From the IMG/VR virus record IMGVR_UViG_3300050120_000152, positions 186,001-250,000 of that record: 64,000 nucleotides of DNA; one strand, given 5' to 3'. A model generated the notes under the pieces. That model made no database searches. It was given only the letters and a program-made list of their open reading frames with translations, and was not told the origin of the DNA. The position numbers and the translations under genes are program-made. Positions 34,012 to 44,221 of the stretch are shown here, piece after piece; the stretch's first letter is position 1; every line of letters starts with the position of its first letter.

Positions 34012-36456
34012 TTATAATTTACAGGCAGAGCAATCATCTTCTTCGATTAAATCAGGTTGGTTTTCTTTTATATGATGATGTGTGATTAACGGTTCAGAAT
34101 AATCATCGGTGGCACCATCATGAATATTATTATAATATAGGGTAGTTCCACCCAAGTTATAATGCATGAATATATCTTTGATAATAACATCGAACGGGAT
34201 TTTTCCATTAAATTTTTCTGGATTATATGATGTATTAACCGATGTTGCTTGATCAATCCATTTAGAAATAACTCCTATTATTTTTAAATACCCAGTCGCA
34301 CCCTCCTGATCCCATAACAGGTCATACTTATTTTTAAGTTTTGTGTATTCTGGGACAACCAATTTAAGTACACCATCTTTGGATTTCTTTTTAGACACTA
34401 ATGTTCTTGGTGGCTCAACACCATTAGTAGCTCCAACCAACTGTGAACTACTCTCACTCGGCATATTAGCCAATAATGAAGCATTTCGTATACCATAGGT
34501 AAGTAAATCACTTCTAAGAGTTTCCCAATCCATTCTAAGCTTCATAGGAACTAATTTATCAATAGCCTTAGCTCGACGTTCCCATGGAAATTCACCCTTG
34601 GCCCATTTAGTACGTCCCCAAGCTTCACACGGCCCAAATTCTTTAGCTAATTGGACTGATGCTTTAATAGCATAATAGGACATAGCTTCCATATATTCAT
34701 CGACTAATTCTAATGCAGATTCATCATATCTTACACCGTGTTTAGCAAGAAAATATGCTAAATTATTAATACCAATACCTAATGTTCTGAAATCTCTCGT
34801 AGCCAATTCCGACTCAATTAATGGGTAATCTTGATAACTAAGAATAGCGTCTAATGCTCTAATAGCGGCTTCCATGGGTTTTTCAAAATCTTCAGGTTTT
34901 TTAATATTACCCCAGTTTATTGCACTTAATGTACATAGAAAAATTCGCGCTCCATTCAATGTAATGCCATAAATGGTTCCAGAATCGGTAATTTCTAATC
35001 GTTCAAAATTAATTACTTCTCTATTTTTTGACCATTCTAACACTTGTTCTAACTCGAATCTTTTATCTACTTCTACAGTTTTTGTTATTGTTGTTCCCAT
35101 GGGTTTTGAATTCAATAAAATTTCTTGACAAAGATTACTTTGTTCAATAGGATCAATATCTGGATCATATGGACTATGATAATTAGCATTGTCAATATTT
35201 AAAAGATAAATTCTACCTGTATTAACTCGTTCTTCAATAAATTTATCCATTAAACTATAAGCAGATATTCTTTTTGTTTTAGCAAATTTAGGGTCAGCTT
35301 CATATTTTTCATACAATGATTCAAACGCATCATTATCAGAATGATAAAATGCCTTCATTAAATCGGGTACGTCCGAAGGATTGAACAATGTAATAACACC
35401 ATCTTCAGCTACTCGCTTATAAAATAATCTATTAACTGTGAATGAATAATCCATTTGACGGACACGATTATCTTCGGTACCCTTATTATTTTTAAGAACT
35501 AATTGATTTTCGATTTCGGGATGAAAATATATGATATGAGTAGTCATCGACCCATTTCTAACAGAACCTTGAGAACAACTTTTTAATGATGCCTGAAAAG
35601 TTTTTAGAAACGGTGTTACGCCGGTATGAACTGCATTACCACCGCGAATAGCTGATCCTTCAGCACGAATTCTACCCACGCTTAGACCGATACCAGCTTT
35701 TCTTGACACATAATCAATAATAGCTGCGTTACCTGCTTTTATACTTTCTAAAGAATCATCTACACTGATGCCAACACACGAACTAAATTGACGTTCACTG
35801 GTTCTCAATCCTGCTAATACTGGTGTAGGAATGGTTATATAAAATTGGCTCAATAAATTATAATAATCTTTGACATGCTTTATACGAACATCTTTGGGAT
35901 AAGCATTGAATGCTGTTGCAGCAATAAGCATGTATGCAATTTGTGGCGTTTCATATTTTTCTTTGGTTACACGATTTTGCACTAAATATTTACTAACCCA
36001 TTGTTCCATTCCAGCATAAACAATATCGAAATCTCTATCATGTTTGATGAATTTATTTAATTCATCAAACTCAGTTTCATCATACCAATTTAATAGTTCA
36101 GGTGTGTATACTTCTTTTAATACATTAGATTTTACTATCGTATAAAGATCAAATGGATTAGATTGGTTGTAAATATCTTTCCTCAATTGATAATTTAATA
36201 ATTTTGACGCAACCAATTGATAATTTGGAGCTTCTTCTGAAATAAGATCAGCAGCAGTTTTTATCAATGTACTATGGATTTGTTTAGTTGTGATTTCTTG
36301 AAAAAATTTTAATTGACTTTTCATTTCTAAATCTGAAATTGATACCCCAGATATTCCTTCACATGCCCATGTCACCACCCTATGTATTTTTTCTAAATTT
36401 AGCTCTTCATGAGTGCCATCTCTCTTAACTACCATTATCTTACTATCGTTTACCAT
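34012..36456 (-). CDS. nrdA: class Ia ribonucleotide reductase alpha subunit
   Basis: ATP cone VVKRDG; TP.LAG; FSSC; SQGSVR; SNLCQE; LCTLSA; GIGINN; MPSESSS. Confidence 0.97.
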   Translation of the reverse strand: MVNDSKIMVVKRDGTHEELNLEKIHRVVTWACEGISGVSISDLEMKSQLKFFQEITTKQIHSTLIKTAADLISEEAPNYQLVASKLLNYQLRKDIYNQSNPFDLYTIVKSNVLKEVYTPELLNWYDETEFDELNKFIKHDRDFDIVYAGMEQWVSKYLVQNRVTKEKYETPQIAYMLIAATAFNAYPKDVRIKHVKDYYNLLSQFYITIPTPVLAGLRTSERQFSSCVGISVDDSLESIKAGNAAIIDYVSRKAGIGLSVGRIRAEGSAIRGGNAVHTGVTPFLKTFQASLKSCSQGSVRNGSMTTHIIYFHPEIENQLVLKNNKGTEDNRVRQMDYSFTVNRLFYKRVAEDGVITLFNPSDVPDLMKAFYHSDNDAFESLYEKYEADPKFAKTKRISAYSLMDKFIEERVNTGRIYLLNIDNANYHSPYDPDIDPIEQSNLCQEILLNSKPMGTTITKTVEVDKRFELEQVLEWSKNREVINFERLEITDSGTIYGITLNGARIFLCTLSAINWGNIKKPEDFEKPMEAAIRALDAILSYQDYPLIESELATRDFRTLGIGINNLAYFLAKHGVRYDESALELVDEYMEAMSYYAIKASVQLAKEFGPCEAWGRTKWAKGEFPWERRAKAIDKLVPMKLRMDWETLRSDLLTYGIRNASLLANMPSESSSQLVGATNGVEPPRTLVSKKKSKDGVLKLVVPEYTKLKNKYDLLWDQEGATGYLKIIGVISKWIDQATSVNTSYNPEKFNGKIPFDVIIKDIFMHYNLGGTTLYYNNIHDGATDDYSEPLITHHHIKENQPDLIEEDDCSACKL

Positions 36457-36594
36457 GCTACTATATTTCCCTTATTTTTATTCTTTTTGCGTCTTTCATT
36501 TTGCTGGTTTACTATTTAGATGCTTATTTTTAGTTATTTTATTTTACCATCATTATCATCAACTTAAGTTGAAGTAATACAATTCTTCAGCAAT

Positions 36595-37125
36595 TTAGGC
36601 TGAAGTAATGAAATTCTCATAATTTTCAATGAGAGAATATCGTATCGCATAATAATATGGAATGTCATAAATTATGATTTCACTGTTAGTTGCTAATCCT
36701 TCTATAAGATTATCAAATGTATATTGGTACTTAAGAACTTCCTTGAAAATTTTAAGACCTTTTTCACCATAATTTTCGATTAATGTAGCTAGAGTTGTCT
36801 TATATACTTCAGTAGTATTAGCCACATTTTCTGCAAACAAAAATTTATATCCATTTATCGGAAATATATAAAATGGTTCAACTTCATCACTGCAAACGGG
36901 AATGAATGAGTTCATTCCATGTGCAAATATTGAACGTTCCATCAAATTCGAATGATTATTGAATGTTTCATTGAAGGCTTCGATCAGAACATTTTGCTGT
37001 TTCTTCTTTTTTCTAACCTTTACTTTTCTAAACCCATGGTTATCCACTGGCAAATTTTTTAGTAATGGAAATCCGTTGGATTCTTGTAGAAACTGGGAGC
37101 ATTCTTCGGTGATAGTTGGTAGCAT
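36595..37125 (-). CDS. conserved jumbo-phage hypothetical protein
   Basis: 176-aa ORF; RKVKVRKKK; FYIFPINGYKF. Confidence 0.7.
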   Translation of the reverse strand: MLPTITEECSQFLQESNGFPLLKNLPVDNHGFRKVKVRKKKKQQNVLIEAFNETFNNHSNLMERSIFAHGMNSFIPVCSDEVEPFYIFPINGYKFLFAENVANTTEVYKTTLATLIENYGEKGLKIFKEVLKYQYTFDNLIEGLATNSEIIIYDIPYYYAIRYSLIENYENFITSA

Positions 37126-37178
37126 TTATACACTCTTAAAATTATCTAAATATATCGTATTAATTGCGATGTATTTAG

Positions 37179-37829
37179 ATGATGAATGATACCAAAATGC
37201 GAGATGGAATGCAACGATTTTATAATGAAGTCTCGGGTAGAGAAGTTTTCGTTATAGGTGGAGGCCCAAGCTTCCAATATGTTGACAAAAAAATGTTGGA
37301 AGGTAAATTGGTAGTATGTATAAACACTGCCTATAAAGAATTTAATAATCCTACTGCTTTATATTGGTGTGATGAAAGTTGGGTTGCTAATCATTATGAT
37401 AACATTATGAAGCATCAATGTCCATTACGGTTTACCGCTAGACATGCGGCAGATGGTCATATAACTAAAAATATTTTGGGAACTGGCAATAGCATTGTCT
37501 TGAAACGTACTGGTGATTTTGGTATAGACACTGATTTTAATCATGTTAAAGGAAATAATAGTGGCGCACATGTTATAAATTTGTTAGCTAATATGAAGGT
37601 TAGACGCATTATTTTATTGGGCTACGATTTAACCATGTCAAAAGGTAAATCTCATTGGCATGATGGACATGGATTACCTATGGCAAATCATATTTACAAT
37701 GAGTTATTTATCCCATGCTTGAATAGCATGGCAGATCCCTTGAAGAATTTAAAAATAGATATTGTAAATTGTTCGGTAGGCACTGCATTGAAATGTTTCA
37801 GAGAAGATAAATTGGAAAATTATGTATGA
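37179..37829 (+). CDS. Maf/CstII-like (GT42/DUF115 fold) putative nonulosonate transferase
   Basis: VIGGGPSF, CIN, NSGAH.INL...IILLGYD, HWH. Confidence 0.65.
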   Translation: MMNDTKMRDGMQRFYNEVSGREVFVIGGGPSFQYVDKKMLEGKLVVCINTAYKEFNNPTALYWCDESWVANHYDNIMKHQCPLRFTARHAADGHITKNILGTGNSIVLKRTGDFGIDTDFNHVKGNNSGAHVINLLANMKVRRIILLGYDLTMSKGKSHWHDGHGLPMANHIYNELFIPCLNSMADPLKNLKIDIVNCSVGTALKCFREDKLENYV

Positions 37830-38560
37830 TATCGTGTCTAATAGTAAATTTAAATTGTGCTAAACACACAGAAAATTTAATAAAAGATTTAGAACGTCAA
37901 ACTTATAATAATTTTGATATAACTGTAGTTGACCAAAATTCTACCGAACCATACACAAAAATATTATTAAATTCATTAACTTTTTCTGGTTATAATATAA
38001 TTAAAAATTCCTATAACAAACCACTAAATCTTATTTGGAATGAATTTATACGTAATTCTAAAAATGAATATTGTTCTTTTTTAAATAATGATATTCGTAT
38101 ACCGTATAATTTTCTCGATAATACCAAAACCATTCTTGATATTGAACCTAGCGTATCATGCGTAATTCATCCTACCAATCATCCGAATTGGTTTAAAACA
38201 CGTAAAATATTATCATATGATATACTAGATGATAGAACTCGCCAAGGATGGGATTTTACGTTTCGTAAGTCTCATTGGACAAATATTCCAAAATGTTTAG
38301 ATTTTTATTGCGGAGATGATTTTATTTTCGAAAATATTTACAATAATGATCATAAAGTTGCTATGGCAACCAGTTCACCTGTTATACATTTATTAGGTCA
38401 AACTAGAAAAAGCCCGTTAAATACTATTATACCTAATCGGAATCCTATTAAAGATATTGAAGAATATAAAAAATTAGGATACCGACACTACTTAAATGTG
38501 CTGGATAAATATTCGAAAATAGAACCTGAAATAGCCAAAATTTTTGAGGAAATCGAATGA
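37826..38560 (+). CDS. GT2-family glycosyltransferase
   Basis: VVDQNST, FLNNDI, YCGDDFI. Confidence 0.8.
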   Translation: MISCLIVNLNCAKHTENLIKDLERQTYNNFDITVVDQNSTEPYTKILLNSLTFSGYNIIKNSYNKPLNLIWNEFIRNSKNEYCSFLNNDIRIPYNFLDNTKTILDIEPSVSCVIHPTNHPNWFKTRKILSYDILDDRTRQGWDFTFRKSHWTNIPKCLDFYCGDDFIFENIYNNDHKVAMATSSPVIHLLGQTRKSPLNTIIPNRNPIKDIEEYKKLGYRHYLNVLDKYSKIEPEIAKIFEEIE

Positions 38561-39021
38561 ATATAGAAATAATTAAAGAACATAATGTTAGAATAGATGA
38601 TACGGTAAAAATTATTGGTACTGGAAAACTAATTTTACATTCTGGTGTACAAATTCGATCTTTCACCGTCATCGAATTAGATGGTGAATTAGAAATTGGG
38701 GAACGAAGCGTACTAGGTTATCATAACTTCGTTCAATGTTCGGGGACATGTAAGATCGGTGCTGGCACATTAATAGGCCCAAGTACAATATTATTAGCAT
38801 CTAGCCACCAAATAACGGATATTCCTCTAATTGAGGAACAAATACTTAAAAGCACTTTAATAATCGGAAATAATGTGTGGATTAGCGCTAATTGTACTAT
38901 CAATCATGGTATAATTTTAAACGATAACTGTATCGTTGCAGCAAATAGTTTTGTAAATAAAACTGTAGAGCGCAATGCTATTGTCGGAGGTTCACCAGCC
39001 AAATTTATACGGTATAGATAA
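38557..39021 (+). CDS. hexapeptide-repeat sugar O-acetyltransferase
   Basis: Left-handed beta-helix repeats; IGNNVWI, VAANSFV, VGGSPAKFI. Confidence 0.9.
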   Translation: MNIEIIKEHNVRIDDTVKIIGTGKLILHSGVQIRSFTVIELDGELEIGERSVLGYHNFVQCSGTCKIGAGTLIGPSTILLASSHQITDIPLIEEQILKSTLIIGNNVWISANCTINHGIILNDNCIVAANSFVNKTVERNAIVGGSPAKFIRYR

Positions 39022-39974
39022 TGAATTTTTTATTTACTGTAGCACTTAATAATGATAATGGCGATAATTATAAAACTATTATGCAATTATTTCGAGATTT
39101 AGCGTTAACCTTAAATAGTATAGGCCATAACACTTTTATATTATCGCATCCTGCTGCATATATGCAATATGATCTGTATTCGACAGTATATCAAACGGAA
39201 ACATTAACTATAGATAATTACAATGAAATAATGGGTCATGTTGGGTTTAAGCCAGATTATGCATTTATATGGAATGGCAATACAATAAATGATACCAAAA
39301 CTATTACATTATTAAAATCTAATGGAATAAAAATTATTTATGGTGAGTTGGGATTTTTAAATCATTTTAATCAAACCTGTTATTTCGATTTAAGTGGAGT
39401 AAATTGTAGAATATCTGATATATCGTCTAAGCTTGATATGCACGATTTAAGTAAAGAAGAGAATGCTGAATTAACTCGATTATGCAACGATCATATTAAA
39501 CCACGATTGGTGGAAACTCCGTATATATTCATACCATTACAAATAGAATCAGATACTCAAATAACAAAATATTCACCCTTTAAAACGATGGATGAATTAT
39601 TAGAATATGTTACAGATATATTTAAAAATGATACTCGGCTTATATTGTATAAGCATCATCCAATGAAACGATCCATTACTAAACAATATGATAAAATTGT
39701 AGAAGTGAGTAATGATGTACATCATTACATTCCATATGCTGATGTGGTTGTCGGAATAAATTCTACCGTATTAACCGAAACATTAATATATCATAATAGA
39801 TTAATTAGTTTGGGTGCTGGTATAACATCAAAACAGTTTGTACATGATAATCAACGAAAACGATATATTTTACAGTTGAATAATAAACAATTGAATTGGT
39901 CAGATTTAGCGGATGTCTCAAAAATCGAAAATTCATATTTTTATCAACAAATCTTAAAGGATTATACGCGATGA
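39021..39974 (+). CDS. KpsS/KpsC-like capsular polysaccharide protein (putative beta-Kdo transferase fold)
   Basis: YGELGF, FDLSGVN, FIPLQIESDTQI, YKHHP, GINSTV..E. Confidence 0.7.
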   Translation: MNFLFTVALNNDNGDNYKTIMQLFRDLALTLNSIGHNTFILSHPAAYMQYDLYSTVYQTETLTIDNYNEIMGHVGFKPDYAFIWNGNTINDTKTITLLKSNGIKIIYGELGFLNHFNQTCYFDLSGVNCRISDISSKLDMHDLSKEENAELTRLCNDHIKPRLVETPYIFIPLQIESDTQITKYSPFKTMDELLEYVTDIFKNDTRLILYKHHPMKRSITKQYDKIVEVSNDVHHYIPYADVVVGINSTVLTETLIYHNRLISLGAGITSKQFVHDNQRKRYILQLNNKQLNWSDLADVSKIENSYFYQQILKDYTR

Positions 39975-40669
39975 ATGGGATAAAATGGTCGAAAATCGAA
40001 AAACCCGGTAAGCATAATACTGTCATTATTGTGTGCACTGGCCCAAGTTTAAAAAACTATGATTTTACTAAATTAAAAGAGATGGGTTATATTATTGCAG
40101 TCAACGATGCGGGCAAATTTTTACCATTTGCAGATGCTTGGTTTACTTTAGACCCGTGGGGCTGTGGCATTAGGGGTGCACAATTTCCGGCAGGGTTTCA
40201 TGGAGATATGTATGCTGCTGTGCCAGAAGCTTTTGGACTAGGTTCAGCAAGAAATTTGGCACATAGAGTTGAGGCACATCCACAAATCAATTATTTGCAT
40301 CGCATCCCCTTTCATTCTATTTCCGCCCATCAATTAACGGATTATGATTATTTACATTGGGGATTAAATGAAGACCCCGGTTCAATCAATACTGGAAATT
40401 CTGGTTATGGTGCGCTAAATATGGCTTATCATATGCGCCCTAAAAACATTATATTACTTGGGCTGGATGGCACAAAAGGATATTTTTATGATGCTGGTAA
40501 AGTTACTAGAAGTTTACATCATTTACCTAAAATATTCTCTTCTGCTGTACCACAACTGAATGCAGCAGGTATAGAGGTTATTAATGGCAGTCAATTTTCT
40601 ACCGTATCATGTTTTAACCGATGTAATTTGAATAGCGTAAATAAAAAATTGAGAGAATTAAATGGATAA
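39971..40669 (+). CDS. second Maf/CstII-like protein
   Basis: CTGPSL, AVND, NSGYGALNMA...IILLGLD; ATG overlaps the upstream stop. Confidence 0.65.
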   Translation: MNGIKWSKIEKPGKHNTVIIVCTGPSLKNYDFTKLKEMGYIIAVNDAGKFLPFADAWFTLDPWGCGIRGAQFPAGFHGDMYAAVPEAFGLGSARNLAHRVEAHPQINYLHRIPFHSISAHQLTDYDYLHWGLNEDPGSINTGNSGYGALNMAYHMRPKNIILLGLDGTKGYFYDAGKVTRSLHHLPKIFSSAVPQLNAAGIEVINGSQFSTVSCFNRCNLNSVNKKLRELNG

Positions 40670-41921
40670 GCTTGAAATATTTTTAGATGATATATTAGCA
40701 ATCAATGGTTCTCTAATAGATTTTAGAATATATGATACGAGTCGATTTACAACACTTATAACGCGAACATCATCTACAAATAAAAAAGTTTATGGGCTAG
40801 ATACATTTTGTGGGTTAGATAAGCCTAATATATATGATTTACTAAACCCTAATCATGGTGATATAAGCGAAGGTAAATATATAATTCAAAATGTGTTTCG
40901 GCCTAACAATAGTCGCATTATAATTAAAAAAACCAACCATTATAACGATCTTGACACTATTATACCAGAAGATGAACGTTTTTGTTTTGCTCTTCTTGAT
41001 CTTAAACAATTTTCTTCCACGGAAAAGGTATTGCAATTCATTTGGGATAAAATGTCATATGGCGGGACTTTATATGTTTATGATTATGATTCAACTGCCA
41101 ATCATTCCAGTTCATATGCCATATCCCATTTTATAAAAAAATATGACAAGTATCTTAATATATCTCGCCAGATGGTAGTAGATGGAAATCGAGAGAAATT
41201 TATTGCAATAAAATGTTTTAACCCTTTAATGAAACCTATTCTACAAACAGAAGCCGTTCCCCGTGAAAAAGTAACTATTGCGATGGTGCTTAAAACTGGT
41301 GGAAAAATATATGATTATAATTATGTTAATGCTTTAGCTAAAGGCTTGAAGAAGAATCTGACTATAAATCATGAAATCGTCTGTTTAACTGACGATGCAA
41401 CTGGATTTTCGAATGATATAGATCGAGTTATCCTTTTAGCCAATGATTACCCTACATGGTGGAGTAAAATCGAATTATTTAAGGAAGGTCAGTTTGATAC
41501 CAAGCACGTTTTTTATTTGGATTTGGATACTATTGTTGTTGATAATATTGATGAAATTGTATCATACAATAGTAAATTTAGTGGTCTTCGTGATTTTTAT
41601 GGATTACATTCTCTTGGAAGTGGATTAATGTCTTGGAATACTGATTACGTCAAGCAAATATACACAAATTTCGCGCCAATAGCTAAAACCGTCATGGCTA
41701 CTTATCGTGCAGGTGATCAAAAATGGATTGATGAGCAAAAACCGTCTATCGATTATTTTCAGGATAGGTTTCCTAATGAAATATTATCTTATAAGCGTCA
41801 TTGCGTAGACTCGACTAATAACGTTTCTATACCTTCTACAGCTAAAATTATATGCTTTCACGGCAATCCTAGACCGCATACAGTAAAACATCCAAGCATC
41901 ATGCTACATTGGCAACCATAA
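40662..41921 (+). CDS. TylF-like methyltransferase fused to a GT-A glycosyltransferase
   Basis: N: YGLDTFCGL, FALLDL, GGTLYVYDY; C: WWSKIELF, YLDLD, DQKWI, CFHGNPRP. Confidence 0.75.
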   Translation: MDKLEIFLDDILAINGSLIDFRIYDTSRFTTLITRTSSTNKKVYGLDTFCGLDKPNIYDLLNPNHGDISEGKYIIQNVFRPNNSRIIIKKTNHYNDLDTIIPEDERFCFALLDLKQFSSTEKVLQFIWDKMSYGGTLYVYDYDSTANHSSSYAISHFIKKYDKYLNISRQMVVDGNREKFIAIKCFNPLMKPILQTEAVPREKVTIAMVLKTGGKIYDYNYVNALAKGLKKNLTINHEIVCLTDDATGFSNDIDRVILLANDYPTWWSKIELFKEGQFDTKHVFYLDLDTIVVDNIDEIVSYNSKFSGLRDFYGLHSLGSGLMSWNTDYVKQIYTNFAPIAKTVMATYRAGDQKWIDEQKPSIDYFQDRFPNEILSYKRHCVDSTNNVSIPSTAKIICFHGNPRPHTVKHPSIMLHWQP

Positions 41922-41957
41922 GCATAAATAATGCATAATGATCGTTTCGGATAGATA

Positions 41958-44198
41958 ATGGCAACTATAACATATAAATGCAACATATGTGAAAGAAATA
42001 TTGATTTACTTGAAAATCCAATAGGACTAACCACATTTTCTAAATGTGTTATTACATACGGCTGCAAAGGTAAAATGTTATCGGTAAAACGTAATCAAGA
42101 TAATATCCGCGAAACTTTTCCCGTTGAAGTTCCGGGATTGATAGATTATAGTCCGCGTAACGTTCTATCAAACTTCAATCAAGTTATCCCGCTAACTACA
42201 TGGGTCATTACACACAATTTAAATACCATTCCGGTGGTAACAGTGTTTGTAGATAATACCACTGGTACGCAAACTGAGCTAAATCCTACTCAATTTACGG
42301 TTATTCCTATAAATTCTAATCAATTGAAAGTAGTGTTTACGACTGCATATAGTGGCTCGATACAATTGATTTCGAGAAATTCTATAAAAGTTAATCCAAC
42401 TATTGCAGCAGCACCTACTATATTAACACAAGTAACCTCTAATGGAAATTTTGTATTTGCTGTTCCAAAATATTTAACGAAATTTTCGTATCCACCTACA
42501 GTATTACCTGCTCCGGGGTTACCTTATGATTTAGCTTCTACCAAATTGAGAATAGAAGTGAGTATCCAGAAACCAAACGAAGAGACAATTGTTTGCACTG
42601 AATTTTTAAGCACTGATCTTAGTGGAACACCTTGGAATAGTTGGAATAGTATTTTAGTAAGAAAAAGAAAAAATTACTATCTATTTGCTATCAATATATT
42701 AAATTTTAGAACTTTTGGTGGTAATACTACACAATTTAACGATATTCCAGATGGAACCCGTTTACAAATAACCAGAGTAGATTATGGTACTGGTGTATTA
42801 CAACCAGTCGATACCGAAGGTTTATTTATTATGTTATCAAACTCGCCTTATACCATTAATGATAAAATAAAAGATTCAATTGTTGATGTTGGTGATATGG
42901 TAGATAATAATATTAATTATTTTACTTATAACACATCAGATTTTTTTGTCGATCCATCAAATGTAGATAGGACATATCCTGATATTAGTAAGGTAAATCC
43001 TGTAATCCCAGTAATTGCCCCCTTACCATCAATAACACCAACTATAACGCCATCAATAACCATAACACCATCAGTAACTTTAACACCACAGGTCACTCCT
43101 ACACCTACTCCTTCACCAATACCTTATAATTTACCCCCATATTTGGCTGAACTTAACTCTGATGGTACACCAGATACACATTTCATAGATAAACAATTAG
43201 ATTCTCATATGTATGTTTCATATGAAACTTCTGATGGTCATATCTACTTCGGCGGGGATACATCCACGTCCATTCCCGGTAATTATTCTTACCTAGGGCG
43301 TCTAAATTCTGATGGATCAATAGATACTACATTTACCAACTATAATTTAGATTATGATGTTGAAACAATATATCAAACTGCTGATGGTCACATTTATATA
43401 GGTGGAAACTTTTCCACGTTTAATGGTATATCTGTACGCGGATTTGTTCGATTAAATTCTGATGGATCATTTGATAGCACATTCGCTGGTGGGTGCGATG
43501 GTGATGTTATCACGATATGCCAAACTTTAGATGGTCATATTTATGTTGGCGGTGCTTTTAACACTATATGTGGAGCTTCATATAATGGTATTGCTCGACT
43601 ATCTGCAACAGGGGTAATTGATAGCACATTTATAGCACCAGTGTCAAGTTCTATATCAGTAAATTGCATCATACAAACTATTGATACCAATATTTATGTT
43701 TGTAATGCCTCCAATCCCACTACATATACTAATTTTTGTAGGTTGACTTCTGCTGGTATACTAGATACGTCTTTCACTGATTTGACGATTGATAATATAG
43801 TCAAGGTGGCATATCAAACTTCTGATGGATCGATCTACATTGGTGGCAGTTTTAATAATGTAGGAGGGTATTCCTACCCCAAGCTCGCCAAACTAAATTC
43901 GGATGGCACCATTAACAATGCATTTGCATTATCTAAACCCCAAGTAATATCAAATATAGAAATTTTTGGAGTAATATCAACTACCTATGTATACGCTATT
44001 ATGCAGGCTATTGATAGTAAAATTTATATAGGTAGTGACAACGTCTACATAAATGGAAATTCTTATACATATTTTAGTAGATTAAACTCTGATGGATCAT
44101 TTGATAATACATTCAATTCATTGAATTTAACTGGTAGTGTATATAATATTAATAAAATATCCTCTGGGGATATCTACATTTCTGGTGCATTTAATTAA
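41958..44198 (+). CDS. structural protein: CxxC N-domain/HNL module/TP linker/7 Delta-60 (DUF5122) repeats
   Basis: YKCNIC..KCVITYGCKG; W.ITHNL; 7x RLNSDG-type repeats. Confidence 0.8.
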   Translation: MATITYKCNICERNIDLLENPIGLTTFSKCVITYGCKGKMLSVKRNQDNIRETFPVEVPGLIDYSPRNVLSNFNQVIPLTTWVITHNLNTIPVVTVFVDNTTGTQTELNPTQFTVIPINSNQLKVVFTTAYSGSIQLISRNSIKVNPTIAAAPTILTQVTSNGNFVFAVPKYLTKFSYPPTVLPAPGLPYDLASTKLRIEVSIQKPNEETIVCTEFLSTDLSGTPWNSWNSILVRKRKNYYLFAINILNFRTFGGNTTQFNDIPDGTRLQITRVDYGTGVLQPVDTEGLFIMLSNSPYTINDKIKDSIVDVGDMVDNNINYFTYNTSDFFVDPSNVDRTYPDISKVNPVIPVIAPLPSITPTITPSITITPSVTLTPQVTPTPTPSPIPYNLPPYLAELNSDGTPDTHFIDKQLDSHMYVSYETSDGHIYFGGDTSTSIPGNYSYLGRLNSDGSIDTTFTNYNLDYDVETIYQTADGHIYIGGNFSTFNGISVRGFVRLNSDGSFDSTFAGGCDGDVITICQTLDGHIYVGGAFNTICGASYNGIARLSATGVIDSTFIAPVSSSISVNCIIQTIDTNIYVCNASNPTTYTNFCRLTSAGILDTSFTDLTIDNIVKVAYQTSDGSIYIGGSFNNVGGYSYPKLAKLNSDGTINNAFALSKPQVISNIEIFGVISTTYVYAIMQAIDSKIYIGSDNVYINGNSYTYFSRLNSDGSFDNTFNSLNLTGSVYNINKISSGDIYISGAFN

Positions 44199-44221
44199 TA
44201 AATAACATAAAAGAACACATC

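Noticed and set aside
34945-35097. Intein or group I intron in nrdA
   Set aside because: The insert is short and in frame, with no Cys/Ser...His-Asn ends or recognisable intron core. It is kept as an insertion finding instead.
37179-41921. DNA hypermodification pathway as the primary role of the GT cluster
   Set aside because: No hydroxymethylase, base kinase or similar base-activating gene is in the window, thyX is canonical, and the cluster is late and abuts structural genes. This is disfavoured but not excluded.
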